A DNA stretch of 64,000 nucleotides, from the NCBI RefSeq assembly GCF_001447785.1, contig NW_015162475.1:434001-498000 (forward strand), read 5' to 3'. Positions within the stretch are counted from its first letter, which is position 1. Every line of letters starts with the position of its first letter. This document shows, in pieces, positions 1 through 13,926 of the stretch. The notes beneath the pieces are model-generated. The model had not been told where the DNA came from and ran no database searches. It saw only the letters and a program-made list of their open reading frames with translations. Origin of the DNA: Gekko japonicus (taxonomy: Eukaryota). The translations under genes were made by a program, and so were the position numbers.

Positions 1-929
1 ACAGAGCATCACTTGCCCCAGAGTCCCTATCTATACCTTGTGGCTAATAGCCACTGATGGACCTCTGCTCCATATGCTTATCTAATTCCCTTTTGAAGCC
101 GTCCATGCTTGTAGCCGCCACCACTTCCTGTGGCAGTGAATTCCAAGTGTTAATCACTCTTTGGGTGAAGAAGTACTTCCTTTTATCCGTTCTAACCCGA
201 CCGCTCAGCAATTTCATGGAGTGCCCACGAGTTCTTGTATTGTGAGAAAGGGAGAAAAGTACTCTTTCTCTACCTGCTCTTTCCCATGCATAATCTTATA
301 AACCTCGATCATGTCACCCCTCAGTCGTCGTTTCTCCAAGCTAAATAGCCCTAAGCGCCTTAACTTTTCCTCATAGGGAAAGTGTTCCAACCCTTTTATC
401 ATTCGAGTTGCCCTTTTCTGCACTTTTTCCAAAGCTATAATATCCTTTTTAAGGTGTGGTGACCAGAATTGCACACAGTATTCCAGATGAGGTCGCACCA
501 TTGATTTATATAGCGGCATTATGATATTGGCTGATCTGTTTACAATACCCTTCCTAATAATCCCCAGCATAGCATTTGCCTTCTTTATTGCAGTCACACA
601 CTGTCTCGACATTTTCAGTGAGTTATCTACTACGACTCCAAGATCTCTCTCTTGATCAGTCTCTGCCAGTTTGGACCCCATCAACGTGTATTTATATTTA
701 GGATTTTTGGCTCCAATGTACATCACCTTGCACTTGGCCACATTGAACCCCATTTGCCATGTTGACGCCCACTTGCCCATCCTTGACAGATCCCTTTGGA
801 GTGCCTCACAATCCTCACTGGTTTCACCACCCTGAACAATTTCGTATCATCCGCAAATTTAGCCACTTCACTGCTTACTCCCAACTCCAAATCATTAATG
901 AACAAGTTAAAAAGTAGTGGACCAAGTAC
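1..929 (-). mobile_element. CR1 LINE, 5'-truncated 3' portion (ORF2 RT C-terminus plus 3' UTR running off the window start)
   Basis: Minus-strand ORFs 723..977 and 214..780 give VLGPLLFNLFINDL...KFADDTKL...[13 protein letters not shown]...LGLFSLEKRRLRGDMIEVYKI, typical CR1 ORF2, with frameshifts. The 3' UTR matches the copies at 22926 and 48276. Confidence 0.95.
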
Positions 930-1034
930 TGTCATCACTGATGTCATCACATCGGGGACATTGTGCAACACACACACCCAGAATGCCCCCCATAGTCCCC
1001 AGCCAAAGTAAGACCTGGCAATCCTAGTTTCTGG

Positions 1035-1480
1035 GGCTCAGTTCAAGGTGATGGTTTTGACTTTTGACCATATCCTGAACAGGTTAGATCCACAGTACAT
1101 GAAGGACCACCTCCTTTTGCACCAGCCTGCCCAAGCCAGACTCTGATGAGGGAGGCCTTCCTACTGGAACATGCTTTGTCTGAAGACAAATTAGCAGAGT
1201 TTGTGGGGGAAACGTCTCAGCTGCTGCTCCAAAGCTATGAAACTCCATCCACAAGAACTTGGCACCATCTTTACAGGCCTTCTGCAGAAAGATGAAGATA
1301 TTTCTGTTCCTTAAAACCTTCAAGCTGAATGACATATTTGACGGTTCCATGTCCTTTTTTACTATGCCCTATGGTTGATTTTATGATGTTTAAAGTTTTA
1401 TGTTTTCAATTATTGTTGTGAGGCACCTTGGGAGGCTATATGGGCTGAAAGGCGGAAAAGAAATTAAATGAAGTTAAATG
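1035..1480 (+). mobile_element. Degenerate L2 LINE 3' end
   Basis: TTCAAGGTGATGGTTTTGACT (FKV-VLT motif, compare the L2 at 32350) and a terminal GTGAGGCACCTTGGG...GAAAGGCGG...AAAT tail. Confidence 0.6.
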
Positions 1481-4400
1481 AAGGGTTGGAAGCTACCAAG
1501 AATAAAACCTATTTACTGGAAGGCTTTTAAATTTACTTTTCATATTGCACTGGAGAGTGACTATGAGTATTAAGGGACTAAGTGAACTGTGGTATGATAT
1601 GCTGTTGTAATGAAAACACCAGACAAACTGAAACTATTCATAACAAGCATCTCACACTCAATCATTTCTAATTAAAATATTTTTTAAAACAGCGGAAAGG
1701 CTCAGCTTCTATAATAGTCTAATTCATGCCTTCTTTCACTTAAGAACAGAACAGTACTTTAAGAATATTTAAATTTATCTAGTGCGGTGCATGGGTGAAC
1801 TGCTTACATACACTTTGCTTAGGCTTATGAATAACCAGAATCCGGGCCAAGACTTAAAAAGCTGTCTTAAGCTACATTTATGTGCTATTAATTTATGTCA
1901 TTTGGTTGCATTTGCCATGCCTCCACATTTCCCAGTGCTCAACTCAGATTTTCACACAATCGACCAGGTGACAGTGACATATATTTATTGGTCACATATA
2001 TCCGTGTCTTTTCCATGTACCAAGAAAGGCCATTATGCCATGACTGGGTAAGGAATGTGAAAATACGTATGTAGATCCTTCTTCATTCTCATACTTGCCA
2101 TTCCACAATGCCATTAACTGTTAGCTAAAAATACACATCCAGAATATTTGAAAATTAATTCACATCAGCTCAGCTCTCCATCCTCCTGTTTCTTAGTCTT
2201 TGCTGCCTCAATAGGATTTCACAGTTAGGAGACAATACAGTATGACACCACAAGTGAAGGTGCATGATGAGGAATTCTCCCTTCTTGTAACACTTCTACA
2301 CAATACTTTTTAGAGTCTAGACCTGGAAACCATACGTTTTTTGTCTGTTGGATCCTGGGACCACAGTCACCAAGTTTCCAGAGATCCAGCGATACCTAAA
2401 ACAGAACTTGTAAAAATGATCACTTGATCTTTTCTAAAACAGATACCATGTTATAGGTGCCTCAGGTTGGACATGTAATTAAATTAGTGGTCACAGTGGA
2501 AATTAGGCAACCAAAGGCACAATTCTTTACAAAATATGGAGATTACAGGATAATTTAAAAGTTCATATCTAAACAAAGACAATTGATAAATAAGTTCAGC
2601 GATAATTACAACGTTCTTCCTTTGTCAAAACCAACCAGTGTTAGCTAATGTTCCATCACTCCAGCTGCACTGGGTGCATTTCCCATGATTGTACATGACG
2701 TAATTCAAGTAATTTGTAAATTCTGCACATCTCATATCCTGTTCCAATTAGAATTTCTCTTCAGGATTTTAGCTCAAAAGTTAGTACCTTATTTAAAAGA
2801 TGTGAAACTTGCCACAAAATCCCCAATGCTCATGTGGACTAATATCTTCCAGTAGCCTTGATCCTTCCTAGTGCCCCATTGTTCCTTTCCCAAATGACAC
2901 TGAGTATGCACATTTCCACTTTTTCCTCCATTCTTGCCCAAAAGGCGCATTTTTATTTGTTCTATTTTTCCTTTTTAAATTGCTTAGCCCCTAATATTTG
3001 TGGAGGCACATTTCAAAAATTCACTGACCAAATAACAATCCCCCACTATGCCTGGACAGGAAATGCATGAAGAAATAGACACCAATAGCTGAGGTCAAAC
3101 AAAAACAAAAGAGAATCCGAAGAACAGATACAAACGAGTGCTGATGCAGAGATGCCCTTAATCCTATTCAAACAAGGGAGGATACATCAAGTACTGAATC
3201 AGTCACAAAGAAAAAGGTATTTCATTCATGTAGTACAACTATCTTTCTTATTTTAAAGGGCTGAGAGTCTGAAACACAAGCCATTTTTTTCTCACATGAA
3301 ATGGAGATCTACTTGCAGGACTAAGATTTACAACTGACTTGGAGTATGACCTTGGATTAAATCCTTTGTATCTTAGCTTTGCCATCAGCCCACTCCTACT
3401 CAGTCTATAAAGTTATCTAGCCATTTTTGTAAATCTTTAAATTACAAAGATTAAAAAAGTAGTCTCTTGTTATTTATTTATTAGGTGAGTTGGGCATTAC
3501 AGGTTCTTCCTTAATGCTCTTTTCTTCCTTTTCCCATTAAATCTATCAAGCAAATTATTGATTCATTACCACATCACCTTCTCACTAAAATTTAAAAGCA
3601 ATATAAATATGCCTGTGCCTCATAAAATCACCCATCCTGCACAAAATAAGCTTCCCTAATTGTGCCTGTTTACTTTAATGCAATTTGTCTTCTAAAGCTT
3701 TCAAAAGTTTAAATAGTTACACTTAATTTATTTGTGTAACCCAGTCTGTGCTTACATTTCAGAGCAGTTAACAACATTCTTAACATGTGTGAAAAACACA
3801 GGAATACAAAATTATACTTTTCACTTAATTTCACTATATTAATTTTACTATATTTACCCTACTTTACTATATATAAACAAACTAAAATAACCTCAGACAT
3901 GGTTACCTTTGCCACTTAAAATCATTCTGGGCTTTTTTTTTTTTTTTACGTCTTACTATGCTTTTGGAAAATATACACAATTTGGTAAGCCTCCAGGGAA
4001 ACAGTTTTCCCAGCAGTGATGCAGCCAAGAAAAGTAGCCTTTGGGGATGCAAGTCAAGCTAGGTCTGGGTCTATGAGGTCTGGGTTTGGAAAAGATTTCC
4101 AACATTACTTATCCCAATTTTCATCAACTAAAGAGCCCCCTTTGTGCTCTTCCTTGTTTTCTGTTGACATAATGTGAAAAAGGTTGCAAAAATGTTTTCT
4201 TTTTCAATGAAAATCTTAAATTAAGAAAGGGTTGCCATTGACAATATGGAATGAGATGCTAAAATAATTCTCTCTGTCAAGTATTTACAAACTGTTTACC
4301 TGAATTTTTCTTGCCCAGGTTATGAGTTCCAGCCAGTCAAAGACAAAAAGAAGTAAGTATGAAAGAGGGTCATCAAGTCAGTGCCCTTATATAACCTGAG

Positions 4401-7400
4401 ATGGAAGGAAGCTTTTCTTGCAGAACTTCAGCTTCCTGGATATTTCTTAAACTGGAAAACAGTCCTTGATCTCAGGATTCACTCTGAAAAACCTTTGGTA
4501 TGGTCTGACATAATAGTCCTGTTCAGGCATCAAAATGAACATGCAAAGGTGTCAGTCCTCTATCGTGATCTCCATCCGTTCATTAGACCATGGTTGACAA
4601 ACCCCGGTTGCCAGGTCACTATGATGCCTAGAAATTTCATTGTGGTGCTTAGTGTTATCAGCAATGATTTTCTGGTAGCATCTCTCAGCAGTTCTTCATG
4701 GAAACTGAAAATGTTGGATCCAATTAGTAATAGGGAGGTGGACTGGCTGAGAGAGTAAAAAACCTGGCTGGATCAAACTCAAAGTTTATTTCTCAATAGA
4801 ATGTATTTCTGCACGATACAAGCATTCATGAAGTTCTCGCCATTGCTTGTTTATATGTAAAATTAAGTTTATGCCATTTAATGGCAAAAGATGAATTCAT
4901 TTCTTAACCAGGTGCATTCTATACTGCTTCCAGTATTAAATTACACTGAGCTTTTAAAAATAATAACGGAATTATAAGAAAGGTTGGTGATCACAAGAAA
5001 GGTTACCCCTTATATTTCTTTACATACTGCAACATTTTTGTCATAGCTTTAACAGAGCTATGAGAAACTGTGAAAGAGTTAAGATCAAGTTTTGTGGAAG
5101 CAATAATTACAAAATTTGGCCATTAAATTACAAAACCTTGAAAGCTGAAATTTGGTCTGGCTCCTAATTTTATGGGCTGGTTCCCAGATCCAGATAATAT
5201 CTCCTCAACGTGTTCATTTAATAACTGAACATGAATTATGTCTGCATACATATTAATGGAATTAAAGATGGCTCAAATTCTCCTTCTTTATCTTTCTTTT
5301 AAAGGATCTCTCCTTTCCCTCACAATTAAATAACTGAACTCCCTGATCATAATTTTTGTGGGTGCCATGCTGACATTAGAAAAGTAGTATTCCTGGCTTT
5401 TGAGTATTTATGAGCTACCTGAAAAGTTGTCTTTGTATTATAATTCAATTACAAACTCCTTACAATGACCGTATGAGATGTTCAGGTAGTAAAACTAAAA
5501 AAGCACATTTTATTGCTTGGCTTCTTAGGGATGGCACTTATGAAGAACAGCCAAGAAAGTCTCTCATTTTAGGGCAACATTTGACAATTAATCCCAAGGG
5601 GGGGGGGAATCACTTGATTTATGGGACAGCAAAGAAGGTTATAACTATTCCATACATATTCAGAACATCAAAGATACAATGTTAAAGCCTTACTTTTTAA
5701 TTAGTGAAATCTACAGATGCTGATTAGGAATATTCTCTTTGAAGGTAACAGAGATTAAACATTATCAATCACTATGGTATGTCCATGGGCATGCAGCCCA
5801 AGTTTAGAGGGCATACACAGAATAATTTGTAGGGAGGGTACGAGTAGGGAAGCAAAACTATTTGCTTGCAAAAGAACATAAATAGGATTTCTCCAGAATT
5901 TCATCCCAAGTCAGTGACGATTTGAGATAAGCTTAATCACTGAGAAAAGAGTCCAAAATACAAAGCTTTCCTCGGTTATATATATTCTGACGACACCCGT
6001 TATTTGAGGATGTATGGATAAAGGGATAGGCACTGATGATATCGTTTGATAGGACAGAAGAGCTCATGTTCATTCAGCTTTCCAGTTACTACCAGGACAA
6101 AGCTGTTCCAGAGGATTTCTGCAACTACTGCCTAAAATGTAAACTTGCTATGCTGTCATTTATTATCACCACCCGATGCAACAGATCCTGTTCTTTCATT
6201 TTACAGCATCTAATACCTAAAAGACACAAGAAACGAATATGCATATATTTGTCACAGGAAGCAGACTCTTTAACTATACTAAGGAATCAGAATGGCTAGG
6301 ATGTAAAAAAACACCACAGTGATTTGATACAGGAGTATCTATTGTACTAGCAGCCAAAACAAATACAATTTTTAGTTTAATTCAGATACTGAAAGAAAAG
6401 GATGACATTACCTAAGTTCTGTTACGGAATTTTTAATTCTTTGTTTGCTTTTTGCTTTAATGGGGGGCGAGCATGTCGTTCCAATCAACAGCATAAAACT
6501 GATTAGGCAATATCAGTAAGAAACTACGGCATCAATAAGATAAAAAAGCCCAACACGGTTTAGAATTATGGAGTTCCACCAAACCTAAGGCTAAACTCTA
6601 TGTAACAAACAGCCATTTCCAGTGTTTTCTAAAAGTCAGAGAAATCTTGAGAATGAACTGATGGACACATCGCAATCTCTACAGAATACTTTTTGGGTAA
6701 TACAGATCTTCCAATTTTAATACAAAGCAATTTTTTAAAGAGAATGCTGCCTACATTCTTTTATGGCTGTTCTGCATACAAAATCAACTTAGTAAATCCA
6801 GGGAAAGTTTCTCAGTAGCTCAAAAGTTCAAATCAGCACATCAGCATCTGTGAAAATATACAATGACGGCTCAGTGGCTACTTCACAAGTCTCTGTACAA
6901 TCAATGAATTTAGCAGGAGGCTTAACTACTTTTCCTGCTACAGATCTCACTAAACCAACCATTGTTTTGATTCTCATCTGAAAGCAATGAAAAATGCAAT
7001 TGCCCCCATTAGAACAATACCACATAGAATACCATCCTTTAAATAAGGTTTACCAAGGATTTCATTGCTTTGGATAACATCCAGAGAATGCTTACAATGT
7101 TAAACACACAATCCAACCAACAGAAGGAAAATTCAGGGTTCGTGTATACCAAGCTCAATAGCATAGTGCCAGAGAGGGAGAGGGGCTGGACCTCAATGCA
7201 TAGGCTAAAATGGCAATTCTTAAATGCATCCAAACTGGACATTCAGATTCAAAATAAATGAGACCTCACACGTAGATACTCTCCAGTGGATAGTTTCAAT
7301 TTAAGTATTACATTTAGTTGAATGGGGATTTACTTCACTTATAGAGTGTTAAATTTTAATCTGGAACTTTAAAAGTGCCAAAAAGAATTGTTACCCATAC

Positions 7401-7721
7401 TGACAGAAATTGCACATTAACACTTTGAACAACTTACTCACAGGAGAACAAACTATCAAATTACGTTTTGTCTATGATGCATTTCCTCTTTTACAACCTA
7501 AATCTAGGAAGGTGGAGGGGAGTGAGGAAGAGTCACTCAGAATTTTAACAGAGGGTTTGGGAGAAACAAATTCAGACTAATATAGTAATTTTATTCATTG
7601 GCAGAGGATTTATAGTACAGTACCAGCTATCTCCTAAAAGCCACAAAGCAGTATCTGAGGATGAAGTCCAGTAATTTGCTTTAGATTTTTATAGAAATAT
7701 ATAAAATTGCAACAATTCTAT

Positions 7722-8235
7722 GGTCCCGATCACACAGAGCATTAGCCACGCTAGAGGGACAGAAGATAGGCGGATTTTCCAGGAGCGATCTCACCACCAC
7801 ATCTGGGAAGCGTAGAGCTCCCGTGGCTCACCCGAGGCTTCCCGCCGAAGACGAGCGGAAAAAAACTAGTACCTCAGAGGTACTAGTTTCCGGAAACCGC
7901 GGGGCAAGGGCGGGCATCTGATCGCGTTTTCAGTGGCAGCTGGCGCCCGCCCATGCCTCATTGCGAAAAGGTTTTTTTCCCCTGAAGACTCCACGGATGC
8001 GCACAAGCACCCAACGGGGCATGCGCATAATTCAGGTTACAAAAAAACCCCAACACAACCCCGTTTGCCGTGCCGCGCCGCTTCTTTGGCGCGTCGTGTG
8101 ATCGGCACCTCCCCCCTAACCACAGTACCTCGACGTTACCGCGAGGGGACGCCTGATCGCACAGTCGCGCGTTATTTTGCTGTGGGGCAAACAGCCACGC
8201 CTCCCCCCATGATATCTGGCCCATGTGACCGGGCA
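7722..8235. mobile_element. CpG-rich non-autonomous DNA transposon (PIF/Harbinger-type MITE)
   Basis: Imperfect TIRs GTCCCGATCACAC / GTGACCGGGCA. TATG occurs at both flanks (7719-7722, 8236-8239). Internal TGATCG motifs and an abrupt CpG-rich block in AT-rich DNA. Confidence 0.6.
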
Positions 8236-9032
8236 TATGTAAGGCAGTCAGTGATTTATTTATTTTTGGCTCAGTTGACCTATAGGCAACATTTGGAATA
8301 TCACAGAGTTCCTTGTACTCATTTTACTCTCCTTCTTTAGACGGAAGAGCATTCCCAAACATTTAGTTATGGACTACTCAGGCTCTCAAAGAGGTTGCTA
8401 TAGTAAAAATCCAGGGCAGACTACTTACAATGGATATTGTATATATTAGCTTGAGCAATATGTGCTTGTTTCTGCCTCTTCCATGCCACTCAAGTAACAT
8501 GGGTAGAATATGCCAACCACTCAATCACATAGATGGCAGCTGCTACACAGCTAATAGCTACACTGGGTCACAGTTAAAGACCACTAAGTCATATTGATTT
8601 CAATGGAAGTGCTTGCTTAAATCTTTCTCACAGCCTCCTGGTTTTAATGTTTCAATTATCCTAAATGTTCTTTAGGACTCTGATGTAACTCTGCTTACTC
8701 AAAATCCTATCCAGAGGTAACAGATATAATGGTGATGTAGTGAAATGTGATGTTCTTCTGCTCCTTATATGTAAGTTCATCTTAATTTTCTATTACTGTG
8801 GAATGTCCTATTTATATAAAATTCACTTTTTGGCACAAAGTCTGAATATTCTACGAAGAGACCACTAACAGTGATATTCGTCTGATTTTTACAAATTGCT
8901 AGGGGAGAAAAGGGGAGATGTTTTGATACATCATCCGCTGAAGAACTACCTTTGTTGGCAAATGGCTTATAATAACACTCCAACAGCAGACGAGACAGAT
9001 AAAGCCAAAATGCTACAACGACATCTTCAATG

Positions 9033-9315
9033 GAAGGAGGAGGAGGAGGAGGAGACTGGATTTATACACCACCCTTCATTACCTGAAGGATTCTCAAGAG
9101 TGACTTACAATCTCCTTTCCCTTCCCCTCTCCACAACAGACAGTCTGTGAGATAGGTGGGGCTGAGAGAGCTGTTTCGAGAACTGTATGTGAGAGAACAG
9201 TTCTGAAAGAACTTGTAACTGACCCGAGGTCACACCAGAAGCTGCATGTGGAGGAGTGGGGAATCAAACCTGGTGCTCCCAGATTAGAGTCCGCGCTCCT
9301 AACCACTATACCAAA
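9033..9315 (-). mobile_element. tRNA-derived SINE with L2-type 3' end and (CCT)n tail
   Basis: Minus strand has box A TGGTATAGTGG and box B GGTTTGATTCC. The 3' end GTAAGTCACTCTTGAG...GGGTGGTGTATAAAT resembles the L2 terminus. Same family at 20406, 43275 and 56650. Confidence 0.85.
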
Positions 9316-11065
9316 TAACACAGAAGTCTTCTTTTAAACCCATATAACTCCATCAGGGAATTTTAAAGTTGTTGTAGGGAGATGCAATTCTTTCCTCTGT
9401 CCCAATTTACTGAATGCCTGGTCATTAATCTTCTAGTAAAGCATTTTCCTAGTGATCAACTGCAAAAACAAACCATGAGGTTTTGACATTCAACACATTT
9501 ATTGGCAACAATCAGTAGGATAAATCCCCCATATTGTCAGCCCAATCAACTATAGGAACACATGGGTGCTTCTATAGAAAAACAATGGGTGTAATTAAAC
9601 CTCAGAAATGAATTCTACCTCCAACTCCATCCCAAAAGGCTGAAGCTGCCTTTCAACAGCAGTCACTGAAGGAAGGAATACTGCTAAATCTTTCTGTAGG
9701 ACTTACATATAAGCAAGATAGGTGCTTCAGGGCATTCTGTTGGGAGGAAATTTGAAACAAACAAACAAAAATATGAAAGAGACCTGTGGTAGGTACACAA
9801 GGAGCGGTTTATTCAATTTTCCTTTTATCTGTGGTACAGTTTTATAATGGCAGATGTGATCTAACTGAGCCAAATTAATCTACAAACCAAATTAAAAAGA
9901 AACACTAATTGAGGCTTACCTCTCTTACTTCAGGGATTTAAGTTCTTAAATTACTCATTCTTTCCCCGCATACAAATACACTATACTCTTCTTTCATGCC
10001 AGAAGTTCCATAAATATATGAATACTTTAAATAGTTTTTTAGCAAGTCCTAACCCATGCAGTCATCCTACCTATCTAAAGTGAAGCGCAAGAAGAGAAAG
10101 AAAATCTCTCTTTAGTCTAATCCTTGACTTCTGTCAAGAGCTATGAAATCGTATGGTAAAGCTAATTAATTATGGAGTCAATTGGGGTTTTGTACCCAGA
10201 TATTTTCCTGATGTAGGTCTTTGAACGTCTGCCCACACTAAGCTCATGAATCAGTGTCATTTACAAAGTGCATCAAGATAATTGAACATAGTAAAGAGGA
10301 AATATATACAGGAGAGCTAATATTTCATGTAGAAAAGCTCATTTTATCAGTGCCAGAGTAGCAAGTCAGACCACCACATAGTTGGCATCTTTGGAACAAA
10401 GCTTTATAGGAACTTCCAGTGTTTTGCATTCATTTCCTCAATGGATGAAAAAGATCTGGTGAAAAACATTAAAATTATACCCCTTAAACAATAATGTTCA
10501 GTGGTCACAATCCTAAAACCTAGCTTAGGTGCATTTGATGGGATTTTAAAATAATCCTGATCTGGCTGGACATGCAGAACTCCATGCGTGAATACCTGAA
10601 TTCTAGACAAAATATTAGAAAGGAAATTATTTGTATACCTTTTCTTAACTCAAAACATAACTTTCTAGTAACAATGGTGGTTGTTCACTTCAGATTGGAT
10701 TCTGCAAATAGAAGGAAAATAGACACAGGTTCGACAAAGAGCTCTTCTAAAGCTACAGTTGCCCATGCTCCACTTGTGTGACAGCTTGTATAACCTTTTT
10801 GTGCAACAGAAAACCAATTCTGGATTTAGTTTCATTCTTCCTATGCAGCGTTCTAGCACAAAGGGTAAAACTACCCTTCTGTGAGCATAAGACACCCTCC
10901 ATGTACAGCAGGGCAGCTTTGGATCCACCCAACTTTGACTCACAGCTCACCTGTTTAAATGCCAAGCATGCTTTGCATCCTGTCTTGTGATACTGCACAG
11001 ACACATCATTTAGTATACCTTACCCAAAACATGGAGTCTTACAGAGCAATCCTATGCAGTCGCTT

Positions 11066-11265
11066 GGCTTACTAACCTCAAGGTGGGTCCTGCAATTACA
11101 ACGCCCAGAATTACAATTGATCTCTAGACTACAGAAGTTAATTTGACTGGAGGAGATGGCACTTTTAGAGAGTGAACTCTATATGGCATCACATCCATAC
11201 TGAGTGTCCCCCCCCCATTTGTCTCCAAATCTCCAGGAATTTCCCAGTGTAGAGTTGGCAGCCTT
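11066..11265 (+). mobile_element. Degenerate hAT-like MITE (TAGGGTTGCCA family)
   Basis: Internal similarity to 16208-16403; ends GTTGGCAGCCTTA. Confidence 0.55.
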
Positions 11266-13847
11266 AAGTGTTAATTACCAGAAGTACTCTACACAGGATT
11301 GTACTATTAACCTTCTTGGAATATAATCAGGCATAACATTTCCATTCAGTATCAGACTATAACAAAGTTATTTAAATATAGTCAATACATTTATTTTATT
11401 TTTTATTTTATTTATTTATTTATATTTTACAACAAACTCTAAGCTCAATGGAGTCAGGAGTTCACACAACATTGTAGATATACTTCTAGGCACACAAAAA
11501 TTACATCTGTCAAATGAAGATAGAGAAATAAGGAAAGAATAGCATCTTAGGCATTATTAATTAAAATTATTCAGAAGATGTCATGCAAACAAAGCCACCA
11601 TTTCAAATTAGATCTGACCATATTGACATTCAACTTATTCACATGCAAAAATCCGGGCCACCTTTTCTCAATTCTCAATTGAACACAATTTTAGAATTGT
11701 GATAATGGAAACATACGCACAATTCTAAAAAGACGTATCTAAGTGGCTGTTGTCGGGTACGTTCAGTGAAGAAATCTAGGTTTATTTGGCATCGCTTTCA
11801 TAAGTGTTTATATTCTTAAAGGCAAAGATAATGAAATGTAAGAGCTGTCTAATTTCAGATAAGGAAATCTGAATTAAAAGAGTACATGCTCATCCATTAA
11901 GAGGATGACACTCTCTTGACTGGGCAACTGAGCTTATCTAATAAATGTCCAAGGGAGAGTGCTCTTGAAGCCATCTTATAAATTAACTGCTTTTCTTTTG
12001 GAATCATTTCAAGTTAGATACCACTCAGTATATAAATCTTAGAAGCAGGGCTCCATTCCACTCTCCTTCCACAGACACAAATGCAGCTCATTCAGCTACT
12101 GAGATTCTTAGTAGAACACAAAGCAGAAAATTGCAAGAAACATTGAGATAAAGGCAAGTAAGTTCTTTAATTTTTATCTTCTTATTTAACAAGTGTAAAG
12201 AAATTAATTTTTGATGGCAAATGACACTGAAAAAGATACCTCTGAAGAACAGAAAAATCAAATCCTCCGAATTTGATCCAAATAATTGCAGTCAAGGAGC
12301 AAGGGAGGGAGCAAGGGTTAAGGAGAAATTAACTATTTTTTGATGGCAAAGAACACTAAAACATATCTTTGAAGAAGAGAAACATCAAACAGTCCAAATA
12401 ATACTTTTTTAAAAAAAGTTACCATTTCAGTTAACAGTCAACATATCAATTAAAAAAAAAGAAACTGATCATTATACCTGCAGTGGTGGTCCCTCATGCT
12501 GCATCAAATTACTTCAAACATGTTACAGGGTAAAACAAATTCTAGATGACAGCTTTTAGTCTAGTCTAAGTAGGGTTGCCAGAATCTAGATACATTTTTT
12601 ATTTGTTGGCTTCTTGTAAACCCTTATGTCCATGTGTGCATTTTGGGGCGGGGGGACAGAATATAGGCAATAGGGTCCTAGGGGAAGTATCTGGACATTG
12701 GTGCTGCACCCAGGACGCAAGCAGATCATGTCTTCATTTATAAAGCAATACGCATGTTCTCAAAAACTGTAAAAACTAGTACCAAGAAAGGTCTCAAAGC
12801 ACAAAATTCACCAGTTCACAATAATTTGCTCACTCATTTTATTGAAACTGTCAATTTTGCACATGGATTTCTTCTCATCCACATTTCTTCTCATCCCACT
12901 TATATCAATTAGAAGATTTTGGCAAAAGATGCCCAGTCCCATCTGACTGCAGAGAATTAGGAGGACAAAGAGATAATTTCTAAGGCCCACGGAAGCAAAA
13001 CTTTCACTGATTTTACTTAATGGATACTAAGATACAGATTCTAAACGTATGTACCAGAAAGTACAGAACAAGGTTTATGAAACTGCAGTGAACCCCCACC
13101 TAGCCATTTATTAACTTTTCTTTTGGGCATAATCGACATTTAGCAGGTGTTTCAATTTTCCAATTACTCTTACCAATCTGAATTTAAACTCACCCAGCAA
13201 GTACAAAGCTATTGCAGTCTCCCCACTGAAATAAATGGGATTAGAGGAAAGTAACTCTGCATAGGAATACACATTGAAAGAAGTGCCTTAAATGGCAAGG
13301 TATGACCAAAATGTGGTTGAAAAAGCAATGAAGTAGTTGGGGCTTTTGGAAAGCTGTGTTTTACTTTGCCTTACTCAAGTGGTGGTCTGAATAAGAACAA
13401 GCTTGATTTTGGAAAGATGTGAGGTGCATAGCTTTTTATATTAAAACTGTAATCTAAATTTTCCTGGTACCATTTCAAAAATGGGGAAAACCTCAGATAA
13501 TATTATGAAGCTGTTGTTTATCTAAAATATCATAAGGTCCCCCACAAACTATTCTATTGGGCAAAGGCATGTTATTTGGGACAAAGTATAGTATATTAAA
13601 GTTCAGACCAAATCTGGACTTCATAAATCTTTAAATACAGTTTAATTCTATTTTCCATATCTATCTTATGAACTCAAAAGCTGCCAAATTTCATTTTAAA
13701 ACGTCAGTTTGAATACTAGTCAACTAAAAGAAATAGTAAGAAAGAAAGAAAGGAGAAAGAATGATGTCTTTTGAGCCCTGCTGAGCAAAACCCCACAGAA
13801 GGCCCAAATCAGTCCTGTAAAGCTGAAGTCTCTCTGCTAAAGTCACT

Positions 13848-13926
13848 GTGCAATCCTACAAACATGTTCCTGGGAGTAAAGCTTATTGAATAGAGTAGGA
13901 TTCTGAGATCGGTTTAGGATTGCACT
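13848..13926. mobile_element. Short palindromic MITE
   Basis: GTGCAATCCTA ... TAGGATTGCAC inverted ends; a related copy lies at 38716-38805. Confidence 0.55.
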
